Shown in pieces: positions 29,501-42,300 of a stretch of 64,000 nucleotides of DNA. The notes under the pieces were generated by a model. It was not told where the DNA came from and did no database searches. It was given only the letters and a program-made list of their open reading frames with translations. The stretch comes from Mytilus edulis (Eukaryota), in contig NC_092351.1 of assembly GCF_963676685.1 (NCBI RefSeq), positions 27,714,001 to 27,778,000 on the forward strand, given 5' to 3'. How positions within the stretch are numbered: position 1 is the first letter of the stretch; each line of letters begins with the position of its first letter. Position numbers and translations under genes: made by a program.

Positions 29501-29609
29501 TCAAATTGTTAACCACGTTTCCAAAATGTATTCATAACGAAAATGTCTAGGTGATAAATGTGTAAAATAACATCTTTGTTTTTCAGTAAATTCATTCCTT
29601 GACAGCTGA
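2524..29609 (+). CDS. CA10: Carbonic anhydrase-related protein, CA10/CA11-like; whole gene span, 11 coding exons, 933 nt, 310 aa, secreted
   Basis: Manual splicing of 11 GT-AG exons with consistent phases gives one ORF: MSWMVLFALILPKSFA-NELGKVWGYDSHLAPEYWG...CKSGKHQSPI...FNITGGPLSYSYKITDVKFHYG...GSEH...FPAEVHMIGYN...YITYEGSFTQPGCQETVTWIIYNKPV...NTRPVQSINQRAVRTNINF...CSMERKVNYKVNSFLDS*. Alpha-CA motifs plus the FDP-L, RTNINF and Y-VN features of CA10/CA11. The symbol marks the family; orthology is untested. Confidence 0.9.
3034..3405. repeat. 34-bp minisatellite, 11 copies, in intron 1
   Basis: GAGTTCAGAATAAAA(T/C)A(C/T)TATCTACACCTGATAT repeated with exact 34-nt period. Confidence 0.95.
6411..6641 (-). 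mobile_element. 3'-tail copy of the 62780..64000 PLE family; others at about 16972-17072 and 18592-18830 (-) and 25200-25420 (+)
   Basis: Matches 62780-63015 (TGTCAAAG..ACAAC.ACCCGACCAT...TTATACACAAGAAACTAAAA). Confidence 0.8.
8833..9350 (+). mobile_element. Truncated copy of the same PLE family as 21745..22548
   Basis: SQLIRYSRACISYHDFLDRGLLLTRKLL... followed by the same tail. Confidence 0.88.
10349..10512. repeat. Tandem repeat of about 59 bp, about 2.8 copies
   Basis: AATAGAATTGTCAACCTACAACTAACTATG... occurs three times. Confidence 0.9.
10539..11151. mobile_element. Long-hairpin non-autonomous element, class uncertain
   Basis: 38-bp perfect inverted repeat 10539-10576/10644-10681; second IR TTTATACTGCA (10684-94)/TGCAGTATAAA (11141-51); 11-bp hairpin at 11090-11120. 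Confidence 0.6.
11212..11253. mobile_element. 42-bp minimal MITE
   Basis: TIR CAGGGGCGGATCC/GGATCCGCCACTG (1 mismatch) flanked by the direct repeat CTAAG. Confidence 0.7.
12286..12327 (+). CDS. CA10: CA10-like exon 2 (ANELGKVWGYDSHL)
   Basis: Acceptor TTTTCTATTTCAG, donor G|GTAAGT, 42 nt, phase 1-1; carries the N-terminal W-x-Y motif of alpha-CAs. Confidence 0.8.
16805..16944 (+). CDS. CA10: CA10-like exon 3 (APEYWG...CKSGKHQSPI...FDPNL)
   Basis: Acceptor TTCTTGTAG, donor GTAAGT; P-x-x-W, conserved Cys and QSPI motifs. Confidence 0.95.
17811..18002 (+). CDS. CA10: CA10-like exon 4 (VNGRL...GGPL...KFHYG...GSEH...FPAE)
   Basis: 192 nt, phase 0-0; GGPL, F-H-Y-G, GSEH and FPAE motifs. Confidence 0.95.
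20314..20409 (+). CDS. CA10: CA10-like exon 5 (VHMIGYN...GIVIIAVFLE)
   Basis: Pyrimidine tract plus TAG acceptor, donor GAG|GTATGT; His119 equivalent and the G-x-x-x-x-A-V-F strand. Confidence 0.93.
21318..21384 (+). CDS. CA10: CA10-like exon 6 (IGSKPNYAMDEIVDHLPGMRKT)
   Basis: Acceptor TTGTTGTAG, donor AG|GTATAA, phase 0-1; contains the conserved Asn followed by a helix. Confidence 0.85.
21745..22548 (+). mobile_element. 5'-truncated Penelope-like retroelement (RT YIDD plus thumb plus tail) in intron 6
   Basis: RYIDDVLSLNN...SYLDL...KLYDKRDDFSFPIVNFPFL...YGVYI with an in-frame stop, then the tail ending CCCTCTTTT. Confidence 0.9.
22659..22685 (+). CDS. CA10: CA10-like exon 7, 27-nt symmetric microexon (DYKDMNTVY)
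   Basis: Acceptor TATTTCAG, donor G|GTAAGT, phase 1-1, no stop. It is not needed to keep frame. Confidence 0.65.
22939..23087 (+). CDS. CA10: CA10-like exon 8 (...YITYEGSFTQPGCQETVTWIIYNKPVYVSENQ)
   Basis: Acceptor TTTTTTAG; Y-x-G-S-x-T-x-P-x-C-x-E-x-V-x-W motif; donor CAG|GTATAT. Confidence 0.95.
23039..23736 (+). repeat. 52-bp minisatellite derived from the exon 8 3' end plus splice donor, about 13.4 copies
   Basis: Unit TCACATGGATAATATACAATAAACCAGTATATGTCTCAGAAAACCAG|GTATG; the first copy is the coding exon end. Confidence 0.97.
23755..24110 (+). repeat. Interspersed repeat family; copies at about 5728-5810 and 51915-52100 (+), 27660-27990, 35190-35420 and 50295-50410 (-)
   Basis: Shared AAGAAAATGCCTGTACCAAG...CATTCGTTTGATGTGTTTGAGCTTTTGATT. 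Confidence 0.75.
24656..24766 (+). CDS. CA10: CA10-like exon 9 (LDLLR...NTRPVQSINQRAVRTNINFKSK)
   Basis: Acceptor TCTTTCAG, donor AAG|GTAAGA; N-x-R-P-V-Q motif. Confidence 0.93.
29009..29048 (+). CDS. CA10: CA10-like exon 10 (SRFCSMERKVNYK)
   Basis: Acceptor TTTTTACAG, donor AG|GTGAGT; resembles the C...Y-R/K-VN tail of CA10/CA11. Confidence 0.8.
29130..29490 (-). mobile_element. Degraded, deleted PLE fragment of the same family, in intron 10
   Basis: Minus-strand YIDDV-SLNNSKFGD region plus a piece of the tail. Confidence 0.75.
29587..29609 (+). CDS. CA10: CA10-like exon 11 (VNSFLDS*)
   Basis: Acceptor TTTTTCAG, phase 1, TGA at 29607-29609. Confidence 0.78.
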
Positions 29610-30249
29610 CACTAAACATGGAGAATTAGCTTCACAACAATAGGTGCTTTCATTAAGAAGTCAGATTCATACCGGAGACAACACTAGCTATTATAAAATG
29701 GTACACGAATTTGTTATACAAAAAGTGTTTGTAGTCTTCCAAGTGTGACTGAATGTGATGATAAAACACAATACATAAATGATATTCAGTGAATAGGACA
29801 AAATAATGTGATGAAAAGTAAAATTTTAACACAGATTTAGAACATCCGTTAGTGTCATTCATTTTTGTACATTTAGTAATGAACAATAGGTATGTACTCA
29901 TCTATCATCTGAATCTAAATATAGTTTTTGTACAACATTTGTGTGCGGATTCAGATACTTTAAGATGATGTTTATTTTGATTTGACCGATGTGTTACTTT
30001 TATTGGACTGTATAAGTTCAAAATCTAATACCACATATGTGCAGGTATTTGTATATCAATACAGTTTCAAAGAATAATGTCAATGATTTGCATTATGAGA
30101 AGTTAATATTTTAATTTTAAACAATAGATTGTTACATACTGTATATCTTGTACACGTTGTATTGTTTTTAACAGAGTTTTATATATTCAAGCTAAAATAT
30201 AACTTTAAAATGTATACTTTACCAATCATTCATAAAGCTGTTTGAAAAC

Positions 30250-30255
30250 AATAAA
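30250..30255 (+). terminator. Candidate polyadenylation signal of the CA10-like gene
   Basis: AATAAA about 640 nt after the stop, followed by T/GT-rich sequence. Confidence 0.4.
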
Positions 30256-31899
30256 GTTTAATTGTTAATTATTTTATTGTTATTTAGAGACACTATGTGT
30301 GTATTAATATTAAAGGGGAAATTGGACGTCCGATGAACAATATGTCCAAATTGATTTAATGTTGCGTCCTTTTAAAGTGGCAAAAACTTTTGTATGACAA
30401 TATAGAAAATTGTTAATACATATTGTGATCAGTGTGTAGTTATGTGAACATCAATATATCCGCTGAAAGAATAAAGCATAATCAATCACAGTTCAATGTA
30501 ATAATAACCGTGTTTTAATTAAACAAAATCCATATAAATACACAAAAGTATTTACGTCTAAATCAAAGTTCAACTCGTGAAACAGTTTTCTAATTGAATA
30601 AAGCAGTATATTTCACAAGACATATTTCAATATTTAATTAACGGTGTAAAAGCTTAAAATGAAATTCCGATACAAATTTAATACACAATTTCAGTGAAAA
30701 AGGTTTGTATTGCTGTAAAGCAATAGATCTAATTGCTATCAGCGTACTAGAACATAATATGCCCAACACTGTTACAAAAGTTTCAAAATTTTAAGATGAA
30801 ATGCACAGTTTTAATTTTGTTATATTTTATTATGATAATTCGTAAAGGTTTTTTATACCCTTTTGTACACTAATTATCGACTCCCAGGAGTCGATATTAG
30901 AATTGAACGATGGACAATCAGTGCATGAATTTTTCTTGCTACCTGATTGGAAGATATTACTTGACGTGAATAATCAAAGTTAATTGATTGGTAAGGACAA
31001 TCCGAACCTATTAAATGTCCTTCAATCCCGTAGAATATCGGATTTGTCCTCTCTGTTTTAGCAATTAGATTTTGCCCGGTCATTAATCATGCATATTCAT
31101 GATATTGGTACACAGGTAACTTTTATCTATAAATAGTCGAATCTTCTGAAATTTCGTAAACAACAACGTTAAACGATATATACTACTTCATAACGTGTGA
31201 CCTCACGTGTGTGGTAAAATTTGTTGATTGATGCACGTGGCTATTCTAGTAAATGAATTAATCTACAAAGCGAGAGCTACATTTTCATCAGCTAAGAGTC
31301 GACTAGCCCTTTTTGAAAGGCTAATGCTTGTTACACTTCTATTATACGCTCAGAAGATTGTGTATGGCATAGATTAGTCCGTTTCAGATTTAAATTCAAC
31401 TATTGAATGTTGAAAAATATCGTATTACACGAGAGTTTGTTGTAGCATCAGTTCTGTGTTTTTTATATACAGACAAACCTAATCCTTCTATTCCAATTGT
31501 ATTCGAAAAAAATGCATGCTTTCTTGACGTCATAACAGGAATGCAAAGGGAAGCAAGAAAATCTGACTTCATATTTTAATTTTGGCCAATGAAGATATGG
31601 AATGAACAAGCCACACGTTGATTAAAAAAGATATCAGCATGTCTGGAAACGGACAAATGTATAGAAAGTATGTAACAAAAACAATATTCTCGATCATCGT
31701 AGAAACAGAGTACCCTAATTGTTCGTACGATAGGTCAACACGTTAAGATAATTTGAGATCTGCACCAATATAGTTTTTCCACAGTATACACTACATTTAT
31801 TTAACGGGGTGCATGAAAAAAAATCACAGATTTACAAATGGAATTCCAATTACACATAAATTAACTCATCGTAGATACCAGGATTAAAATTTTATATTA

Positions 31900-31945
31900 A
31901 TGCCAGGCGCGCATTTTGTCTACAAAAGACTCATCAGTGACGCTC
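31900..31945 (-). other. Degenerate minimal hammerhead inside a repeat fragment (about 31862-32080)
   Basis: Minus strand GCGTCA CTGATGA GTCT-TTTGT-AGAC aAAA TGCGCG cC TGGCA; the core is mutated at G12 and U16.1. Confidence 0.6.
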
Positions 31946-34900
31946 GATCAAAAAATGTTTAAAAAGCCAAATAGAGTACGAATTTGGAGGGCATTGAGGA
32001 CCGAAAATTCCTAAAACTTTTGCCAAATACAGCTAAGGTAATATATTCCTGAGGTAGAAAAGCCTTTGTTTTTTTTCAAAATAAAACTCGTTTAAATCCT
32101 GTCAAATGTTTGAAAGAATTATAATATGATTCTTTATTCTACTTTTTACAATTCATGAATTCCGATCGAATTTGGCTTACTTAGATTTTAAAAATATAGT
32201 TAAAATAATTCCTAGACAAAATCAGATCTTAAAAAGACGTATCGTTAGATAAACACTGCAGTCAGGTGTATAATGAGAATTAGTGATATTCATTAAAGGA
32301 CAATTACCCTTCAGACGATTTGATATGTTCTATACAGAAGATTAATTCCCTTCCTTTGGTTCAACAATGATAGATCTTCCAATCGTTCCTTTGATTAATG
32401 TTATTTTGGGGTTTTTTTTGTAAGGTTTTATAGACTTTCTTCATTTTTAATTTTTTTTTTTTTTAGTTTGGTAATTTTGTTATAACGTTGGTTTAGGCGG
32501 AAGAGGGGTTCAACAGCACCCATTGTATAAGGAGCAACCGTTAATTCAGAGATTACGTGTACGTAAATTATGCTAATGCATTGGATAGAATTCAAGCTAA
32601 ATATTCTTGAGTTAAAGCAATTTTAGGTGGGTATGATTTAGAAGCAATGATAATTTGCCTATGTCCAAATCTTTTACCGACAATGCAAATCCATTGGCCG
32701 TCAAAATGCTACTATGAGAAAAAGACAAAATCAGTACAGATAATACCACTTTTATGGTAGCTAAAGATTGCACTTTGTAAATACTAAGTACATATGTTTT
32801 ACAGGTCACCCTCTTCTGGGTAGAAATTTATAATTAATATATATTTTGTTTTGTTTACCTACTGGTTTAAAGATATGATATTTACACATAGACTAGTTAG
32901 TGTTTGTTTTTGTTGCACTTCAGTGTTCTTGTTGTTCATTTGTTTTTCCTCTTATAGTTTATATACAAAATCCCTCGGTTTAAGCTTATAACCCGGATTT
33001 CGTTTGGTCTCAGTCGATTTTTGTGTCTTTTGAGCACCTGTATAACCGTTGTCTTTATGGATTGCGGTCGAATTGAATTCTAAGTAAGATCCAACGTTTA
33101 ATGAAGTTACGGTTTTGAGTATATTTAAATTTAGAGATCTTTGAGGCAATTAAATGTTGAAATATACCGAACAGCACCATGTTTGACCTTTTAAAAAATT
33201 GAATCCCATTTTAACTTTCGATTCTAGGATATATTTTTTACCGAACTTTATAGTAAAATTGCACAGTGTAAGCCGTTAAAAGAGTTCATATGGGAAATTA
33301 CATTGTTTATATTTACTGAAGTGTAACCTATAGATACACAACCGTGTATGGTTTTAGTAGAAATATACAGTCTATAAATGAGACAACTCTCAACATGAGA
33401 CCAAAATGACACAGAAATTAACAGCTATAGGTCACCTTACGGTCTTCAACAATGAGCAATGCCCATACCGCAAAGTCAGCTATAAAAAGCCCGACATGAC
33501 AATGTAAAACAATTCAAACGACAAAACTAACGGCCTATGTCAGTTATATCTTTATTGACATACATCTAAAGATTCTATGACATAGGAGTTATTTAGTGAC
33601 AGGACATCATCTTTATTTCTTATATGAAACTTTGCCATTATTTGTTTTCTTCTTTTCTATCAGCACAAAACAAGTCCGTCTTAGGAGTAAAAAAAGGGAA
33701 CATTTTCACATTGGAAATGAAAAAAACCCAAAAACTATCGAAATGAATCAGAGAATTTTTTTTTCTAAATCTGTTCTTGAAACAAATTAAAATATAATCA
33801 TTAACGATGAAAAGAAGTAAATTACAGTGGTTTCATTCAAACATTACATCTAATCATATACGTTGATTGTGAGTTTTAGAAGCATTACAATCATGTGGTG
33901 TTCCAAACGCTTTATTCATTTAAACGTGTTGTAGCAACAAATTGCAATAGTGTGAGCTTTCTAAAATATGCCAATTTTATTCACAGATTGTTCTCAACAG
34001 CTAATGGTTCAATGGCTTATAATATGTATATAGATTACTTCAAGATTTTAAACATGACAACTATTACTTATTCCCCAAGACTCTTAGACTATATTGGTAA
34101 TGCACGATTGGCAGCGTATAGTTATTCTACATGGCTTTGCAACTCTAATTGATTTAAAGGAGATAGAAAACAGGTCTTACACGTTGGAAGCGATAAAGAG
34201 ACATTTTCTCAGTCTTTCTAGTTAATTTACTTGTAAAAATCCAAGACAATGCATAACTGTAGAAATGTCAGCTACCAATTTAGTTGTCACTGCTACGATT
34301 TCATTTCTCTAAAGAACCATAATGTATTTTTGTCCAAGGATAGATCAAATTGTAAAAAGTCGTTCTCAGCTTCAGACAAACCAAAATATCAATGTCGGTA
34401 TTGTGTCTGTCTTTTTGTATTTACATAAAGTTACAGTTATCATTACAAACCTCACATAAAATTAACCAACAGAAATATACCTGAGATAGTTAAAAACCTA
34501 CTTGTATCACGTCCACCTCAATTTTGCATTAAACAGTAAGATGTTGACGTTCTTGGGGCTTGCAATGAAGTAGAAGATAAACCATGTAACAGTTTGAATG
34601 ACGTTGTATCAGAATACAATCAAGTGGAACTATGTAAAGCCGTATCCGCTATAAATAAAAACAATATATGTATTTTACAACATATATCAATTGTTGCAAT
34701 TATCTATCATTTGCGTGAAATAAGATTTTGTTTTCTTCTTCCGAAATGACCTGAAACATTGGTACATTTATTTGTCTATTTTTTATGTCGTGCGTATAAT
34801 GTTAACTTGATTGTTTGTTCGTGAATATTGCATGACTGGAGAAATAAAATCTAAGAACTTATAATCCAGTCAAACAAGATTGGATCTTATGAAACGTACC

Positions 34901-36059
34901 ATATGAAATGGAAACAAAATATAACATCAAATGACATATTATACTGATTATTTCCAAATAAAGATAATCAGCTTAAGATGTTGTATAAGATCTCTGTTTG
35001 CATTTGGAAACTAAACAATGTAATGTAACATCAAATACGCTCAGATTAGGAGAGATCAAGTAAGAATATAATAAAATACAAAGAATAATACGAAAGTGCA
35101 TCACAAAAAACGTAGAAAATACAACAAATGTAATTGTGCAGAGAATCAAGTTTCGAGATAAGATTGTAACGTATATAAAAAAATAAAATAACAAAAATAC
35201 CGATCTCCGCTGAAAATCAAAAATGGAGAGGCCTTCAAAAAATGTCAAAATTAAAAGCTCTAATAAAAAAACCGAATGGTAACAACTATCATATTTTTAC
35301 TTGGTACAGTCATTTTCTTATGTAGAAATGGTGGATTAAATTTGGTTTAATAGTTAGCTAAACTCTCAATTGTATGACAGTCGCATAAAAATCCATTATA
35401 ATGACAACGATATGTAAAAAAATAATCGTTCATTAATTTACAGAAATTTCTTTAAAACTTACCTTAAAAAATGTTCGATGAGTGAGTATATATGTAAAAA
35501 ATACTCATGTGAACAAGAAACCTACCATTTTATACCATATCTTTTCACTATCAAGCAAGAAAAAGGGGAAATCAACAACTGAAAAATAATACTTGAAATG
35601 AATAAAACAAAATATAGAGGAAAGAAACCATACGAAAACACAATAAAACAAAGCAACACAAAAAAAAAACAACCCTTAAAGAACCAAAAATAAAAATAAA
35701 AGAAACTAACGTTTAAAAAAATAAAAATGAAACCAAATTTGAAAGGGAGGAATTCAATAATCTGTTAAAGTTATTGTTAAGGGTTTGGTTATTTCCAATA
35801 TTATGTTAAAACTAGATAATTTAGACACGACGTCATTCTACCGACGTCACAATCGGAGAGTTACTTGGTTATAGTTAAGTGTTACATTTGTATCGTCGAA
35901 ACTGTTTTACACTTATTTAACCTTTTCAGGTTGCACTGGTCTAACTATAACAAAAAAACTTGTGAAAATTAGATGCAATAAATAAAGAAGGACGAAGTAA
36001 TTTATGAAGGTACCGACAATAACTTAAGAATTATTATCGTAAATTAGTTTAGTTAGAAT

Positions 36060-36330
36060 ATTACCGAATTAGACTATTTATCGGATTTGTAATCACATAA
36101 GCAACACGACGGGTGCCACATGTGGAGCAGGATCTGCTTACCCTTCCGGAGCACCTGAGATCACCCCTAGTTTTTGGTGGGGTTCGTGTTGTTTATTCTT
36201 TAGTTTTCTATGTTATGTCGTGTGTACTATTGTTTGTCTGTTTGTCTTTTTCATTTTTAGCCATGGCGTTGTCAGTTTGTTTTAGATTTATGAGTTTGAC
36301 TGTCCCTTTGGTATCTTACGTACCTCTTTT
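36060..36330 (+). mobile_element. PLE 3'-tail copy; other copies at about 1-139, 3503-3671, 15092-15290, 21138-21275 (+) and 17413-17620 (-)
   Basis: GGAGCACCTGAGATCACCCCTAGTTTTTGGTGGGGTTCGTGTTG...CCTCTTTT, shared with the tail at 22360-22548. Confidence 0.85.
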
Positions 36331-39300
36331 AATTGATGTATCTGTTCAAAAACATGACCTACCAAAATATGTTTCTTGATTTCAAGGCTATATTGTTATG
36401 TTTGAATATTACAAATTTAATCACGATAGTTTAGACTGTCGCCATTTTTTATTGTCTATAATTAAAAGAGTTCATAAAAGGCTGTATTCTCATCTATGCG
36501 TGATAGATTGAAGAATTCATTGATATTTTAATTCACCATTTGAAAAATAAAGCCCGAGATTTTTAAGCAAAATTAAATTAAAAACGCTTGGAAACTTTTG
36601 GTCAATAAGAAGATGTATATATTTGATCTAAATGATAATAGAAAAATAAATTATTCCAACAAAATAAAGACCGAACACAAAAACACAAAAAATGCTATTG
36701 TATTTGTGTTTACGCGACATCCCTTTTTATTCATGAATATAAGGCAATTCAAACCCAACTAAAATGGGGATTTATTTAGCTCCTCGAAAGAACTAGCCAT
36801 TAACTTTTGACTTTTTGCAACTGTCCTGTAGCAATAGTCAATAGCAAGTTATCATAAAAGATCTGATTTAAATTAGTTATGGTATTATGTATGAAGTTGA
36901 TAAAAAGTAAATCAAAAAGTATCCAAAGAGTCAAATACAAGCCAAGTATCTATGTTACATGTACATGTCAAGGCCTCAGTTGTTAGATGTCAACAAAAGT
37001 TGTATATTATCTTAAGTGAGATATCACAAAAGAAAAAAACTGAAGAAAAGAATTAGAGAACCAATGACCAATCATGGAAATGTAGAACTATTGTGGTAAA
37101 CTAATTATTAATCATGATGTTAAATAATTGCAATCTCAATTACTCATTTGATCTTCGATCGGAATAAAAGTAAGCGTCACATACAGGAAACTATAATAAA
37201 ACTTGCAGGGTTATACAATGATTTATTTTTGAATGTTTTGTGTTTTTTTTCTACATTTAGTATTTTTTTCAAATTTAAATACAGGAAAGTTGTATACTTT
37301 ATTTCTTACATAAGAAGATATTTTGTTTACATTGATTGTTGCATTTTCACAGACTTGGTAACATGCCGTTTAATTTGAAAATAAGATTCTTGTAACATGA
37401 AGTAAGTCATTTTCGTAATGAAATATTTCTATCCTAACTGTTTTCATTAGTTTGCTTATATTGATGTATTTTAACCTTCTGGTCAGCTGCCTATTTACCA
37501 TTAGTTAATAGCTCAACTGTCAAATCAAAACATTTACGATCCCGACAGATTGACATGTTCTTTTCATGGTGTTATTTATTGCTCACCGTATAAAAGAGGC
37601 TTATCGATATATAGATTACAACACTTTCATGAGAAAAAAAGGAAAATCATTTCGTTTTTGCATCATCGGAAAGTTAAAATAATAAAGTAACGTTGTACTG
37701 GTTTATATCTATTATACAGTGTAGTTCTCAAAATGACGTTTTTTTGCAACCCCGAAAAAATCCTATAACCTTTAAAATAACCAAGAACGGGTATCTCGAT
37801 TTTGAAACGTCTTCGTGCATTTTATCATCATTTCTATATTAATTATTAGATATCGTGAGCCATATACAGTTTATGTGTAGTAAAAAAAAACATTAATAGT
37901 GCTCTAATCATAAAAACTTGTATTTTCCATAAATTAATTATGAAAAAAACGCCAATAATATCAATAAAGTCATTATATGTATGTGTGAGGGGGGTTTATG
38001 TATCGGGTTGAAGACATTGGCGAGGTGTTGACACTCGAGGTCTTATATTACTAATTCCGTCTTTTTCTAATGATTAGATACGATACTAAAATAGAAAAAC
38101 TAATTTGCCGTGTTTAAGACATGTACATATAGAAGTTGAAGAAAATAATTTTCGTTTTACCAGAAATTGCACAGTTGTATATACAACATGATTTGTCTTG
38201 ATTATTTTAACTGGCCATGGTGTCGTGTTGTTTAGTTGCAGTCATTTTTGCAGTTAAATATCTTAAAATAACTCAAATAATTGTAGCAACATCTATATTT
38301 GTATATTGTAATACTTGTATAGGCATTTAGTACTTTACACAGTAAGTTCGTACACTGGATGTCGAAAAACAATGAACCGTCAAAAAGGAAGGATCACACA
38401 TCCTGCAGTTTTGCCCGTAATGAATACAATCTAATTGTTGATCGGTCTTATCTAATGCATTCGTAGCAGTGATAATGACAAATGATGATAAATTTAGTTT
38501 CTTGATTACTCATTCCCGTGGATAACAAAATCTTACATTGATTAGGTAAATCAGATATCAGATTTTTAATTCTTAAAAGTACGTTTTGTCTAAGTGTTAA
38601 TTCCTTTGCAGGAAATACACTTTCATCCCTTTTATAAAAGGTATCCTGAGCCGAAGCTTCTCAGTTATACAATATTGTTTCTTATTTACATAATTTCATT
38701 CTAATCGATACTCATTGGTTTATTTCTTTTCCCGCGAATTATACGTTCATAAATAAGTTTTGTTGTGTTGTAGTTTCCTACTTTCCCATTTTTTTAAATG
38801 AGCTCTTTGCTTCTGTAGTATACAATAAAGGCAACAGAAGTAAACCGCTGTCAAATAATCGTAAATTCGTTTAGCGAAAACAAATCCTGGTCACGAAACC
38901 AAAACTATTTGTTGACACTGTTACTAATTATTTTGTACTGTGACATGATATACCGAATACTACGCTATTTAATGAAAATGCAAAAATTGTAAATCTATTC
39001 CTTTTACGCTTGTGTTTACGCTAAACTGTTGGCGATTTTGTTTCTCATTTGGTTCGAATGTATCGATTTCGGTATTATAAGACATGAGCCTGAGGCATTG
39101 AACATCAATAGAAATACGTTAGGTAGAAGAAACTCTAAGCTAACACAGTTGCTTTATTTTTTTATATTATGGAAAATATTAAGATGAAACTTGTTAAAAT
39201 TTTGCACTTAGAAGCTCCACCATGCAAGAAATTCGTGTTCGGTCATATCGTGTTTTTTGGGGGAAATAGTAGCTTACTACCAACTAAAATATGAACAAAA

Positions 39301-42300
39301 ACATCGGTAACAATAATTCAAATGTAAACTCAAAAAGAAGATTTGGTCCATTAATCCTGGGATAATAGTCAAAAAGCAATTAGTCGACTATATCAACAAA
39401 CAGAACGACTGAAAGAGTACTGTCATGTTCATGACTAGGTACACACATTTTCGAAGGAAATAAATTTTCGGTTAAATTTTGATTTATAGCTAGCTTAGAC
39501 AAGTGTGAAAGTGTTATTTGATTATCCACTTTCTTCAATGTTGTACAATTGAAATTGTAAAAAAAACGTAGTAAAAGTAGTACGCACAAATTCGTGACAT
39601 CAGCAAAGGTTAGCGTAATTAACAGCGCCAAAAACCATCGAATTAATGTTTTGGGCATCCGATTTTGCCATTTAATAACATACTTTTAGATTTGAATTTT
39701 CCTTTGAGTTCCGTATGTTTCTTAATTTTCTTATTTATTGATCATCTATTTCAATTACCCGTATACTAACGATTAATACAATCCTTATTTTATGTACAGT
39801 TAGATCAGCGATTTATCTTAATATTATAGTTGTAGCAAACATCTAAATATCTATATGGTTTGGATATATGTCTGAATATGGAAGTAATTTTGTCTCTTTA
39901 TAATATGAAAGTTTAATGACTTGTTTTTGTAAAATATTGTATTCATAAAAAAAAATAGCCGTCTCCAGAGATATCAGAACCAAATAAATTCGTTATTTTG
40001 GATGATATTATTTTGAAATTTATCATTCAATGACGCATCCAAGCAATTAAACGATGATGCTTCCAAAGTTTCTGTTTCCTATATTTGCATTCAAGTATCA
40101 TTCACTCCAGACTTAATAACCTACATTCAGCATATTTTGCATATTCAATCAACAATAAATACTGCTGGACGATTATAAAAACAAACTCGATCATCAGTAT
40201 ATACTACAGCAATATTAACGGACCTCAAATAATTTACATAAGAGACTCTTATACTCTCTTACTTCATTAACAAAAACATAAGATTCAAGATTAAAAGTAT
40301 TGATTTGCTTTGCTGGAAACAATATTTGAAGAGCTTATATAAAATAACGATATATGAACTATTACGGAACGAAGACGGATTAAAGGTGACCTATCTCAAG
40401 CACCAAAAAAATACACATTAATGGAAACTTTTAAGACAATCATTATACGTTTTCTGTGTCACTCATGTTTTTAGTTATAAGTCTAAGTCTTTTCAATCTA
40501 AGTATGAATCCTAGGCCTTGTAACATAATTGTACATAACTGTCAATAAATGATCTTTTGTGTTCGATAACAATTTAATGGTATTAAGAAAATCTTTTTCA
40601 CCATGAAAATAGTTAACAATAACATGTACACATACTTTCAAAATTCTAAAATTCTATCAATGAGTAGACCAAATTCTTAAATTTAAGAATTTGGTCCCTC
40701 ATGATCAGTAATGTCACAGAATGTAAATATGATATAGTTGAAATATTTTACTGAAAATATCAATATTGCATTAAGGTAAAATGTGTATGAGCAACCGTTT
40801 TTAAAATGATAGCATATCACATTAACGTTTTTAAACTTCTTAAATGTTGTGCTTCAAAACAAATACATGTACTATTGAGTAGACCCCATGTCAGTAAAAA
40901 AATGAAAACAATACGTTAAATAATTTCTTGCGTACGGAGCGCTATTCTGGATTTACTTTCATTAGGAACACTCAAAGACACACTATGTTCGTACTGTCAA
41001 ATTTCTGTGTTCAATGATCCTTGAAATACATATTAAAATTCTGTTCTGGCATATCTCTATAAAACTAAACTTTATCTCCAAATGATGAAATGTCTAAAAT
41101 TCAGGTTGATAAAGCCACAACTGCATCTAAATCCACTTAACAGAAATTTGCTAAGAGATGAACAGAAAATAATTATGGTGCCCCTTTCTATCATAGCCTG
41201 GGCACTAATCCACTGATAGGTTTACTGTCTACGGAAAGGCACAAAACAGCTGACTAAGTGTAAAACGTTCTGTAATCCTCTCTTTTAAAATCACCTAGCC
41301 GACTATTGAGATATACACAAACTGTTCTACAAAATAAATTCTAATATGGAAGCCCGTTTATTGAAATAAAAAAAACTCAAATGGCAAAAACTATTTATTT
41401 TTATGATGTTTTCCTAGCTAAATTTCAGTTCAAAGAAGGAACTAAACAAAAAGTTGTGTACACCTTTTTTTTAACTATAATGTGTTGTTGTTCGATTATT
41501 GTTCCAACAAGTGTCTTGTTCTGAAACTTCTGTACAAACAGTGAGGAAACTAGAAGGAATAAAATTTTGAAGGTTTTGATTTCAATATCTAATTTATCAG
41601 CGATTTAATTGCATAGAAAATTATTCGGATATAAATCGATCCGAAGGTCTAATAAGCAAAGTAAATAGTAAGGAATTATAGAAAGAGATAAAGCTAAAAT
41701 CAATAAGCGAAAATATTATTTGTGCGTCTGAGTTATGAGAAAACGTAACCTTAGCCCTAATTCTATGTAACGGCGCTGTGTTTGCCTCAAGTATGAAATT
41801 AATCTACACATTTAATATTTGCTATTGCAATAAATATCCCAAGCACTGAAAAGGAACATCATTTCTTTAGATTGGACTACATCTTAATTTGACAGCAGAG
41901 AGTTATCAAGTTACGGCAAATTTACCATTGGCCATAAGGTTACAATTTATCAATATTAACATGACTGTAGTGGCAAGTCTAAGCAAAACTATCCAATAAT
42001 AAGCTTGACCTCCCGTATTAGCAAGAAAAGCAATTTGTAAATCTAGGATTTAGATTCTATAGTCAACAAATGTGCGAGTGAATACTGATTAAAGAACGTC
42101 AAAATTGTTACGTAAGATTCCAGACAGTTTGCGATTTATAAGTTTGAAATGAAGTGGTACTCCTTATTAGCATAGTTTTGATTTCAAATATAATAACCAT
42201 CAATCACGCTGTCAATTAAAACAATAACAATTGATAGTTAAAGATAACATACGAAAATGTGACTTGACTTCAACAGTAATAAAACTGAAGAATGTTAAGA

